Position numbers and translations under genes: made by a program. The notes beneath the pieces are model-generated. The model searched no databases and was not told the origin of the DNA. It worked only from the letters and a program-made list of their open reading frames with translations. From Idiomarina loihiensis L2TR (GTDB lineage: Bacteria; Pseudomonadota; Gammaproteobacteria; Enterobacterales; Alteromonadaceae): a stretch of DNA of 32,000 nucleotides. Location of the stretch: NCBI RefSeq assembly GCF_000008465.1, contig NC_006512.1, positions 660,001 to 692,000 of the forward strand. The letters are read 5' to 3'. Positions 18,622 through 26,837 of the stretch are shown here, piece by piece (the stretch's first letter is position 1; each line of letters begins with the position of its first letter).

Positions 18622-20235
18622 ATGATCCTGGATGTTGACTACGTGATTTCTGCTGCAAATATCACCATGCAATTTGGTGCAAAGCCTCTTTTTGAAAATA
18701 TTTCTGTTAAATTCGGCAATGGTAACCGTTATGGCCTGATAGGCGCTAATGGCTGCGGTAAGTCGACCTTTATGCGTATATTAAGTGGTGAGCAGGAGCC
18801 TTCGGCTGGCAATGTGTCGCTGGAACCCAATATTCGCATCGGTAAGTTGCGTCAGGATCAATTTGCTTACGAAGACTACAGTGTCGTTGATGCCGTTATT
18901 ATGGGCCACGAAGAGCTGTGGGCGGTAAAAGAAGAACGGGACCGCATTTACAGCAGCGGCGAAATGAGCGAAGAAGACGGCATGCGTGTGGCCGATCTGG
19001 AAACCGAATTTGCTGAAATGGACGGTTATACTGCGGAGTCACGCGCCGGTGAGTTATTGCTGGGGCTGGGCATACCGGTAGAGCAGCACTTTGGACTGAT
19101 GTCGGCGCTGGCGCCGGGTGTAAAAATTCGGGTGTTACTGGCGCAGGTACTGTTTTCCGAGCCGGATATTATGTTGCTGGACGAGCCGACCAACAACCTC
19201 GATATTAACACTATTCGCTGGCTGGAAGGCGTATTAGCCGAAAAGCAAAGTACCATGATTATTATTTCGCACGACCGTCACTTTCTGAACACGGTTTGTA
19301 CGCATATGGCCGATATTGACTATGGCGAGCTGCGCGTCTACCCGGGTAACTATGACGAATACATGTTTGCCGCCACTCAGGCGCGCGAGCAGTTAATGAG
19401 CGATAACGCCAAGAAAAAAGAGAAAATTGCCGAGCTGCAGAGCTTTGTTAGCCGCTTCTCAGCGAACGCGTCAAAAGCTAAACAGGCAACGTCGCGTCAG
19501 AAACAAATGGAGAAAATTCAGCTGGACGAGGTTAAAGCCTCCAGTCGTGTTAATCCGTACATTCGTTTTACTCAGGAAAAGAAACTCTACCGGTTAGCGC
19601 TTGAAACCGAGAACGTGCGTAAGAGCTTCGAAGACGAAGCGGTCTTAAAAGGCTTGAGTACCTCGATAGAAGTGGGTGAAAAAGTCGCTATTATTGGTGC
19701 CAACGGTATTGGTAAAACGACCTTGCTGAAATGTTTGATGGGCGAGTACACGCCGGACTCAGGCAGCATCAAATGGTCTGAAAATGCGGCGATAGGTTAC
19801 TACGCGCAGGATCACGCCCACTGGTTTAAACAGGATATGACCGTTTACGAGTGGATGTATCAGTGGAAAAAACCGGGTGACGACGAGCAGGCTATTCGGG
19901 GTGTGTTGGGCCGTATGCTGTTCTCTTCTGATGACATTCAAAAGCCGGTATCGATTTTGTCTGGTGGTGAAAAAGGCCGGATGATTTTCGGTAAACTGAT
20001 TTTGCAGCGCCCGAATATTCTGGTGATGGACGAACCGACTAACCATTTGGATATGGAATCGATAGAGTCGCTGAACCTGGCACTGGAGCAGTTTGAAGGC
20101 ACTTTGTTGTTTGTCAGCCATGACCGCGAGTTCGTCTCGACTCTGGCTACTCGTATTATCGAAATTACCGACAAAGGCTTACGTGACTTTGCCGGCAGTT
20201 ACGATGAATATCTGGCGCAGTTGGCTGCGGCTTAA
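18622..20235 (+). CDS. ybiT: ABC-F family ATPase, YbiT-like
   Basis: 537 aa with two ABC cassettes (GANGCGKST / GANGIGKTT Walker A; LSGG signatures) joined by a charged linker. It is collinear with E. coli YbiT as I recall it. A GTG at 18643 would give an N-terminus of the same length as E. coli YbiT, so the start is uncertain. Confidence 0.92.
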   Translation: MILDVDYVISAANITMQFGAKPLFENISVKFGNGNRYGLIGANGCGKSTFMRILSGEQEPSAGNVSLEPNIRIGKLRQDQFAYEDYSVVDAVIMGHEELWAVKEERDRIYSSGEMSEEDGMRVADLETEFAEMDGYTAESRAGELLLGLGIPVEQHFGLMSALAPGVKIRVLLAQVLFSEPDIMLLDEPTNNLDINTIRWLEGVLAEKQSTMIIISHDRHFLNTVCTHMADIDYGELRVYPGNYDEYMFAATQAREQLMSDNAKKKEKIAELQSFVSRFSANASKAKQATSRQKQMEKIQLDEVKASSRVNPYIRFTQEKKLYRLALETENVRKSFEDEAVLKGLSTSIEVGEKVAIIGANGIGKTTLLKCLMGEYTPDSGSIKWSENAAIGYYAQDHAHWFKQDMTVYEWMYQWKKPGDDEQAIRGVLGRMLFSSDDIQKPVSILSGGEKGRMIFGKLILQRPNILVMDEPTNHLDMESIESLNLALEQFEGTLLFVSHDREFVSTLATRIIEITDKGLRDFAGSYDEYLAQLAAA

Positions 20236-20897
20236 CGCTGCACCATTTTCTGGGCGCTCTTGACCAGTTCGTCAGGATCGCCCATTCGCTCCGGCTTTGT
20301 TACGCCGCGTTGGCAGGCTGGGCGCTCACTGATGGTGTTCATCCAGCGCTTCAGGTTTTCTAAGCCATCAAGGCTAACACCAGACCAGTCGTGGGTACGC
20401 ACCCAACACCAGTTGGCAATATCCGCTAACGAGAAGTTATCACCTGCTAAGTATTCAGACTCGCCTAACCGTGTGTTCAGCACTTCAAACAGCCGACGGC
20501 TTTCATTCTGATAGCGCTCAATGGCTGAGGGCAGCTTCTCCGGGAAATACCGATAGAAGACATTAGCTTGTCCCATCATAGGACCAATGCCACCCATCTG
20601 AAACATCAGCCACTGGATCATACGTGAACGTTCTTTCGGGTCTTTAGGATTAAGCTTGTCGTAGGTCTCAGCCAGATACAGCATAATGGCACCGGACTCA
20701 AACACCGCGAAATCATCGTTATTTTTATCGACAATCACCGGAATACGACCGTTAGGGTTCATTTTCAGAAACTCCGGGCGTTTTTGCTCATTTTCCTGCA
20801 ACTGCACATGGTGCAGGTTATAGTCCAGCCCCATTTCTTCTAAGGTTACCGTGGCTTTATAACCATTGGGGGTTGCTGAGGTGTAGAGTTCAATCAT
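20232..20897 (-). CDS. glutathione S-transferase family protein, YfcG-like
   Basis: 221 aa: [19 protein letters not shown]........ .....PEFL..NPN.RIP.IVD......VFESGAI.LYLAE.., matching the Nu-class GST (YfcG/YghU) N-terminal pattern. Its 3' end overlaps ybiT by 4 bp. Confidence 0.88.
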   Translation of the reverse strand: MIELYTSATPNGYKATVTLEEMGLDYNLHHVQLQENEQKRPEFLKMNPNGRIPVIVDKNNDDFAVFESGAIMLYLAETYDKLNPKDPKERSRMIQWLMFQMGGIGPMMGQANVFYRYFPEKLPSAIERYQNESRRLFEVLNTRLGESEYLAGDNFSLADIANWCWVRTHDWSGVSLDGLENLKRWMNTISERPACQRGVTKPERMGDPDELVKSAQKMVQR

Positions 20898-20906
20898 GTT
20901 TATTCC

Positions 20907-20990
20907 TTAAACCTTTGATGAGTCGCGCTGTTTCATACGCTCGTACCAGGCTTTTAGATTAGGCCAGCGGTCATCGACTCGCAACTGAAT
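20907..20990 (-). pseudogene. relic of a GST C-terminus (27 codons plus stop, no start codon)
   Basis: The reverse-strand frame reads IQLRVDDRWPNLKAWYERMKQRDSSKV*. The ..PNLKAWYERM..R.. segment is a typical GST C-terminal helix. An in-frame TGA lies immediately upstream (20991-20993). Confidence 0.45.
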
Positions 20991-21005
20991 TCACCTATCC
21001 CGACT

Positions 21006-21656
21006 TTAGCGAGATTGAAAGGTGCCCTTTAAGCTATTAGCAAAGGCTACAAACTTCTCTTTTATGGTTCGTTTGACTTTCACTTCAACTGAGCCAAGCA
21101 ACTGGAAGCCTTCAATTCGTATATGCGGAGCTTGTTTCAGGTTGCCCATTGAGGGCGCTTTATTTTCGGTGGAGCCAAGAACACTAAAGACGTTGGTGCT
21201 AATGGTAATTTCTTCAGGGACAAAAACTTCAAGACTTGAAAGCCCGCCAATAATTTTGATAGTGACGTCCGGGTGTTGAAAAACGGCATCGGTAAAGTCC
21301 AGTTCTACAGAGCCTAGCAGAGAGTAGATGGTGATTTCACGCGGCACTGTCCACACGCCACAGCGCTCATTAGAAGACAGTATGGATATCACCTTTTCGG
21401 TTGGTTGAATGCGTCCTTCGCCATAATGTGGTGAGAATTTCTGCTCTTTCATGCTGTCGTATGAGGTGTCGGGCTTCAGCTCCAGGTCTTCTACCAAATC
21501 GGAAAGCTGGCTATGTTCAGTTGCATCCATGGCTTGATCAAGCCGGCGTTCAAAAGCTTCTTCAGATAATTCACCGTGGCCGTAGTTCATTACCAACTGA
21601 TCAATCGTCTCTTCGCGGACTTTTTCCAGTGGACGGTCTTCAAATTTTACACTCAT
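21006..21656 (-). CDS. DUF1707 / LiaF-C-terminal-like domain protein
   Basis: 216 aa with no TM segment. The N-terminal ..HGELSEEAFERRLDQAM.A....QLSDLVEDL resembles the DUF1707 motif. The C-terminal beta-rich region (..LGSVELDF.., ..GGLSSLEVFVPE.., ..LLGSVEVKV..) resembles the LiaF/DUF2154 type. The family assignment is from memory. Confidence 0.55.
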   Translation of the reverse strand: MSVKFEDRPLEKVREETIDQLVMNYGHGELSEEAFERRLDQAMDATEHSQLSDLVEDLELKPDTSYDSMKEQKFSPHYGEGRIQPTEKVISILSSNERCGVWTVPREITIYSLLGSVELDFTDAVFQHPDVTIKIIGGLSSLEVFVPEEITISTNVFSVLGSTENKAPSMGNLKQAPHIRIEGFQLLGSVEVKVKRTIKEKFVAFANSLKGTFQSR

Positions 21657-21887
21657 GATGTTTCCTTGTTGATCTTATCTTCTTATTATGGACAACAAAG
21701 CAATTCTTAGGCCAGAAATAAATCATTTTAAAATCAATGGCTTAATATTTTTGTTTTTATTTGGTTTTGTGTGTCTGACCAAAAATTAGGAAAAGTTACC
21801 AATTATCGGGAGTCCGGTTGATCTTCTACGAGTTATTAACTTAACTAAAACCTAGAAAAAATCAGGTTACTTCAAACGGATACGGCC

Positions 21888-23468
21888 ATGAGTAAACTAC
21901 CTTTCGTTGTTGATGCCCATACCCACCTTTTTAACGCTCGTTATGTGCCTTTGCAGGGGATTCTTGAGAGTTGGGGAATTTGGAAAATACCGGCAAAGTT
22001 GATTAGCAAACTGGCCTATTCCCTAACCGCCAGTTCTACGCTAAAAGAGCGGCTAGAGTCGTTTTCAGTGACATCGAAAAAAGGCGCGACTGAAAAAATC
22101 TGCAATGAGTTTGCCCATCTGGTTTGTATTGAGATAGAGCACTATTTACTGGAAGAAGGCAATAGCGACCCGGAGTTAGCCGAAGCCTATCAGGAGCAAT
22201 TCATTAACAGCGAGCTTTATTCGGTTCTGAAGGAAATACACCAGTATTACGGTGACAGTGAATCGGCTCAGGAACTTGAGTTAGATTACATAAAAACGAA
22301 ATGGACTTTCAAAGCAGAGACTCAGGTTCAGGATAAAATATCAGGTTGGTTCTCTGGCATTCACAAAATGATTGAACGAATGCTGCGTAAGTCACTGGAG
22401 TTTCTGGAAGACGCTGCGGACAAAATAGACTTTGTCTTGAATATGCTACGCAGCGAAGTCGGGATATTTAAGCGGTTAGAAGGCTATTACGACAACTTCT
22501 CAGAACGTTATGTGTTTTTTCATTACATGATGGATATGGCTTACCCATTTGACGACAACCCCAAATACGATTTTTATGATCAGCAGTTGGAGCGTATGAC
22601 GGCGTTGGAGAATTTTTCGGAAGGGATAGTTCTTGGCTTCTCCGCTTTTGACCCTTTACGTTTTGTTTCTCAATCTTCCTCTGACCGCGTGCTTCGTGAT
22701 GCTATAGAAAGATCATTGGAACATGGCAAGGCAGGGTTCAAGTTTTATCCTCCTATGGGTTACAAGCCTGCAGACAACGAAGCTAACGTGGAACGAGTTG
22801 TTGATTATTTTCTGGATTTTTGTGTGGAGTATTCAATTCCAGTTTTCACTCACTGCACCCCGGAAGGCTTTCAGGCCTATAAAGGCTCGGGCCTGAATTC
22901 AGACCCGGATTATTGGGAGCAAGCGCTGAAAAAGAACAAGCAGCGAGAAACCATGAGACTCTGCTTTGGTCATGCCGGTGGTGGGAAACGGAAGATGAAC
23001 GGGCGCTGGGTTAAGGGTTGGCTGTCGGATACGGAAGACGAATGGAATGATCAGAATAACTACGCTCGTAAAGTTGTAGAGCTGTGTCGGCGCTACGAGC
23101 ATGTCTATTGTGATTTGTCCTACCTGCACGAAATTGTCGAAAGCAAGAAAGCCCAGGAGAGCCTGGCTAAACGACTTGAAATAGAGCTAACGCGTGAAGC
23201 CACTGCCGACAAACCTTTTAAACTTGCCGATAAAATAATGTACGGTAGCGACTGGCATATGGTGTCTATGGTTAATGATATTGAAAGGTACTTCGGGCAG
23301 ATAAAAGCGATTTTTGAAATGCAAAAAATGCAGCTTTTTGCCGATAGGTTTTATTTCAAAAATGCGCTTAAGTACGTTGATTTAGAGGCTTACATTGCAC
23401 GTGCGGAGAATGTCTTTAGTCAGGATTACATTGCACGGCTTAAAGAGATTAGAACGCACTTGATGTAG
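21888..23468 (+). CDS. amidohydrolase-fold (PF04909-like TIM-barrel metal hydrolase) protein with a large N-proximal insert; function unknown
   Basis: 526 aa with candidate metal ligands VVDAHTHLF (HxH), ..FTHC.., ..CFGHAGG.., ..YGSDWHM... A ~190-aa charged, helical-looking segment lies between the HxH strand and the rest. It is preceded by a 231-bp AT-rich intergenic region with no obvious SD. The stop codon lies inside a REP unit. Confidence 0.7.
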   Translation: MSKLPFVVDAHTHLFNARYVPLQGILESWGIWKIPAKLISKLAYSLTASSTLKERLESFSVTSKKGATEKICNEFAHLVCIEIEHYLLEEGNSDPELAEAYQEQFINSELYSVLKEIHQYYGDSESAQELELDYIKTKWTFKAETQVQDKISGWFSGIHKMIERMLRKSLEFLEDAADKIDFVLNMLRSEVGIFKRLEGYYDNFSERYVFFHYMMDMAYPFDDNPKYDFYDQQLERMTALENFSEGIVLGFSAFDPLRFVSQSSSDRVLRDAIERSLEHGKAGFKFYPPMGYKPADNEANVERVVDYFLDFCVEYSIPVFTHCTPEGFQAYKGSGLNSDPDYWEQALKKNKQRETMRLCFGHAGGGKRKMNGRWVKGWLSDTEDEWNDQNNYARKVVELCRRYEHVYCDLSYLHEIVESKKAQESLAKRLEIELTREATADKPFKLADKIMYGSDWHMVSMVNDIERYFGQIKAIFEMQKMQLFADRFYFKNALKYVDLEAYIARAENVFSQDYIARLKEIRTHLM

Positions 23469-23495
23469 CCTGACGCTAATGCGTCAGGTGAGATA
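23466..23495. repeat. REP unit
   Basis: TAGCCTGACGCTAATGCGTCAGGTGAGATA. Its first three bases are the stop codon of the amidohydrolase-like gene. Confidence 0.8.
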
Positions 23496-23536
23496 GTTAA
23501 TTAGCTATAGAAAGTCTATGAGAAAAGACGTGATTA

Positions 23537-24532
23537 CTAGGCGAACTGAGCTAACAGGTAACCGGTAATGAACAGACTCACAAAAAGCAGGGCGGCGAGT
23601 GCAAATGCTTTTGCGCCGCCTTGTTTGATGACGCTGATGTGTGTGAGCATGCCTAAAGCGGTCATTGCAATACACAGTAAATAAGTGGCAGCTGCTGTGA
23701 ATGCTGTCGTCACGTCGTCCGGTATCCAGTTCAGTGAGTTGATGATAATAGCGCCAATGAATAGAAAAGCGAACCAAGGAACGGAGACTTTATTATCACC
23801 ACTTTCTTTGTCTGAACCTTTTGACTTTTGTCTCATCCATACTGCAAATGTTAATAACACAGGTACTAATAAAACCACTCTAAGCATTTTTTCCAATACC
23901 GCCATGTGTGCCGCGTTTGAGCTAACTGAGTCGCCGGCGACAACTACTTGTGCAACTTCATGGACGGAAACGCCCACCCATAAGCCATACTGGGCCTCGT
24001 TGATATCGAAAAATTGAAACACTAATGGCATAAGCAGCATAGAAAGCGTGCCAAATACAACTACGGTGCTGATAGCGGTTATTACTTTGTGAGGTTTGGC
24101 TTTAATGATTGGTTCCATCGCAGCAACGGCTGCTGCACCGCAAATAGCGCTGCCCACGGCAACTAAAATCGCTTGCTCTTTATCAAGCTTAAACAGCTTG
24201 GTTCCGGCCCAAATACCGACAAACAGAATAACTGATACCATGGTAACCGCGCTGAATAGACCGTAAATACCAACCTGAGATAAGGCTTGTAAAGTAATAT
24301 TGAAACCGTATAAGACAATGGCAACTCGTAATATTGATCCTTTAGCGATATTTAATCCAGGAGCGAGCGGTTCTTTGCAACGTGCCGGTAATATATGGCT
24401 GACCAGAATCCCAACGCCAATGCTGATTAATAGCGGAGAAACAGACTGAATAGCTGGAAGCCATAGATGGAGCTCCACAACACCTATTGCTAATACAACC
24501 GCTGCAATGAGCCCTACGATAGGATGGTTCAT
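23537..24532 (-). CDS. yeiH: YeiH/UPF0324-family integral membrane transporter
   Basis: 331 aa, polytopic with about 10 TM segments, and Gly/Ala-rich. It is divergently paired with a LysR regulator, as yeiH-yeiE is in E. coli. Family recognition is from memory. Confidence 0.75.
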   Translation of the reverse strand: MNHPIVGLIAAVVLAIGVVELHLWLPAIQSVSPLLISIGVGILVSHILPARCKEPLAPGLNIAKGSILRVAIVLYGFNITLQALSQVGIYGLFSAVTMVSVILFVGIWAGTKLFKLDKEQAILVAVGSAICGAAAVAAMEPIIKAKPHKVITAISTVVVFGTLSMLLMPLVFQFFDINEAQYGLWVGVSVHEVAQVVVAGDSVSSNAAHMAVLEKMLRVVLLVPVLLTFAVWMRQKSKGSDKESGDNKVSVPWFAFLFIGAIIINSLNWIPDDVTTAFTAAATYLLCIAMTALGMLTHISVIKQGGAKAFALAALLFVSLFITGYLLAQFA

Positions 24533-24629
24533 GGTTATGCCTTGTATTGATTCTTGTATTTAGGCTGGAGTATAGTGCAATCAATATTAATTAAAATTTA
24601 ATAAAACTTTATAAAGTTAAAATATATTT

Positions 24630-25502
24630 ATGATTAATTTGCGCCAACTTCAAGTGTTTAAAACCATTGCGGAAACCAGCGGTTTCACTGCGGCCAGTGT
24701 GCAGCTAAATATGACCACATCTGCGGTATCTATTAACCTAAAGGATATTGAACAGCAGCTGGGCACTCGGTTGGTGATGCGGGAAAGAGGACGAAAGCAT
24801 CGTTCACACAAGGTTGAACTCACTGTTGCTGGTATGTGGCTGTACGAGCGAGCCCAAAAAATGCTATCGCTTAGTGACAGCACCGAACGATACTTTGAAC
24901 AGTTACACAGTAATCGACGGGAAACGTTAAACATAGGTGCCAGTCAGACTGTCGGTAATTATTGGTTGCCGGCTTATATCAATGTGCTAAAACAACAACG
25001 TTCCGAGCTCAAAATTAATGTTTATATTGGTAATACCGATGAAATACTCAGCCGAGTTGAGTCGTTTCAGGACGAGATAGGGCTGGTTGAAGGTCCAAGT
25101 TCACGCGACGACTTACTCACTAAGCCGTTTAAGGAAGACAGCATGACGCTAGTTGCGCCGCCCGATGACAATGGTAAAGCGTTGGAAGTACAGCCTTGGC
25201 TTATTCGGGAAAAAGGCTCTGCCACTCGCCGGCTTACTGAAAAACTTTGGGCTAAGCTTGGCATTAAGCCAGCGAACGTTATTGAATTGAATACCAATGA
25301 AAGCATTATTCATTCGGTGGCATCAGGTATTGGAGTTGCCTACGTTCCTAGTATCACAACACCACTTATGTTGGAAGCTGGGTTAGTTAGAGCTTTGCCG
25401 ACAGAAGGCACGCATCATCGCACCTTATATTATGTGACTCATCGAGACTTGTCCTTTTCAATGGCGTGGATAGAGCGGGTCATAGCTGAGAAAGCCTTAT
25501 AA
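24630..25502 (+). CDS. LysR-family transcriptional regulator
   Basis: 290 aa with an N-terminal wHTH (MINLRQLQVFKTIAETSGFTAASVQLNMTTSAVS..IK.IEQQLG..L..R) and a C-terminal substrate-binding domain. It is divergent from the yeiH-like gene. Confidence 0.93.
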   Translation: MINLRQLQVFKTIAETSGFTAASVQLNMTTSAVSINLKDIEQQLGTRLVMRERGRKHRSHKVELTVAGMWLYERAQKMLSLSDSTERYFEQLHSNRRETLNIGASQTVGNYWLPAYINVLKQQRSELKINVYIGNTDEILSRVESFQDEIGLVEGPSSRDDLLTKPFKEDSMTLVAPPDDNGKALEVQPWLIREKGSATRRLTEKLWAKLGIKPANVIELNTNESIIHSVASGIGVAYVPSITTPLMLEAGLVRALPTEGTHHRTLYYVTHRDLSFSMAWIERVIAEKAL

Positions 25503-25798
25503 GTCATTTATTCCTGGACGAATATTCCGGGAGCTTGCTTTAAATTTTTAACGGGCTATGATGGATTCAGTTGTTAAGAGGACATCATGTTTAAGTCTAA
25601 CTATTCTATACAGAGTACCGCTCTCACCTTTCCAAATTAAGCCGGACGCGCTTTAAGCGTTCGGCCTGTCTGTTATTCCCTTTAGATAATTTAATGTTCA
25701 GTTCGGTTGGAGATAAAGCCGTGCTTAAGCGTGCATTCAGGTTTTGTAAAACCTCGGTTTGTCCGTCAAACCCAATTTTTCAGGAAGCGGGGCAGCAA

Positions 25799-26125
25799 AT
25801 GCTGATTGATCCCGTGGAGCTTAGTATTTTACTGAATAGGCTTGAATTCAGTGAGTCAAAAGAAGCGTTAATTGAAAAACGAATTCGAGTTGGAGCATCC
25901 GCCGTTCTACGTAATGTGAAAACAATGGAGCAGGTAAAGGTTAGGTTGGTTCCACCAGAGCTGGCGGATACCGACAACTATCTAGTGTCTTTTATTTCTC
26001 CCTTAGGCTCGACATTGCTTGGGCTTCGCGTAGGAGATATTGCAACAGTTATCGTTAAAGATATATCAATAAAGTGGGAAGTCCTGACGGTAAATCAAAA
26101 TCGTCCCGCATCTGATAATGCTTAG
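25799..26125 (+). CDS. Rnk-like protein (GreA/GreB C-terminal domain), short paralogue
   Basis: The ATG at 25799 gives [15 protein letters not shown].., which aligns with the Rnk N-terminus. The C-terminus ..[33 protein letters not shown].. matches Rnk ..LVYP......N.[16 protein letters not shown].. An upstream ATG at 25694 lacks an SD and adds an unrelated extension, so the start is uncertain. Confidence 0.7.
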   Translation: [108 protein letters not shown]

Positions 26126-26216
26126 AAATGAATTTAACGGAGGGTAGTGCCTTGGAGTAACTTAGTTGTGCAAAGTGCGGATTAATTTAAACATTTGAAC
26201 AGATAAGGTGAATCCA

Positions 26217-26303
26217 ATGAGTAAAGAAAAACAAAAGAAAAAACCACAATTAACATTGAAAGAAAAACGAAAAGAAAAGAAGAAAAAGAAACTTGATGAG
26301 TAG
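26217..26303 (+). CDS. 28-codon polylysine micro-ORF (MSKEKQKKKPQLTLKEKRKEKKKKKLDE)
   Basis: The ATG lies 6 nt after AAGGTG. The peptide has 13 Lys and 1 Arg in 28 residues. Its TAG stop lies 4 nt before the terminator stem. It is too short to appear in the ORF track. Confidence 0.4.
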   Translation: MSKEKQKKKPQLTLKEKRKEKKKKKLDE

Positions 26304-26307
26304 ACTT

Positions 26308-26336
26308 AAAGGGCTCTCCGGAGCCCTTTTTTATGG
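26308..26336 (+). terminator. rho-independent terminator
   Basis: AAAGGGCTC-TCCG-GAGCCCTTT followed by further T residues (TTTTTT overall). It ends 8 nt before the rnk ATG, and the rnk SD GGGAGAG follows the T-run directly. Confidence 0.8.
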
Positions 26337-26344
26337 GAGAGAAT

Positions 26345-26722
26345 ATGAATACTAGACCTAACATCGTTATTTCATGTGTCGATATGGCAGTTATTGAGCA
26401 TCATTTAGATGAGACGCGTTTGCCTCGGGAGTTTTTGGATGAGTTAGAAGTTGAGCTGGCTCGCGCCAAAATTGTTGAGCCGAATGTTATGCCGGCCAAT
26501 GTTGCTTGTCTGAATCGGCAGGTGACCTTTAAGGTTTTAGAAACAGGGAAAGTGTTTACTAAAACTCTGACTGCACCTGATCAGGTAGATAAATATGATG
26601 ACAGCTTATCGGTTTTTGCTCCTTTAGGGGCGGCGCTTATTGGTCTTTCCGTAGGGCAATCTATTCAATGGAAAACAAATCGTGGTTTACAGTCAGTTGA
26701 GATTGTTCATGTCGCGAGTTAG
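26345..26722 (+). CDS. rnk: regulator of nucleoside diphosphate kinase (Rnk; GreA-family secondary-channel protein)
   Basis: The ATG at 26345 follows GGGAGAG. MNTRPNIVISCVDMAVIEHHLDE.. and ..LSVFAPLGAALIGLSVGQSIQW.. are collinear with E. coli Rnk ([22 protein letters not shown].., ..[22 protein letters not shown]..). Confidence 0.85.
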   Translation: MNTRPNIVISCVDMAVIEHHLDETRLPREFLDELEVELARAKIVEPNVMPANVACLNRQVTFKVLETGKVFTKTLTAPDQVDKYDDSLSVFAPLGAALIGLSVGQSIQWKTNRGLQSVEIVHVAS

Positions 26723-26837
26723 ATTACTCGCTTATAGAGTAATGTTCGACCTAGCGGCTTTAATCAAGTGAGTTTGAACATAATTGACCGTTCGATATCC
26801 ACTATTGTCTGTTGGCAGACTTAATAAGGAGAGTTTT

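Noticed and set aside
26182-26364. 60-aa minus-strand ORF (MLGLVFIFSPIKKG..)
   Set aside because: It is the antisense reading of the A-rich polylysine micro-ORF and the terminator, giving a Phe/Leu-rich low-complexity product. It has no SD, and it spans a terminator hairpin.
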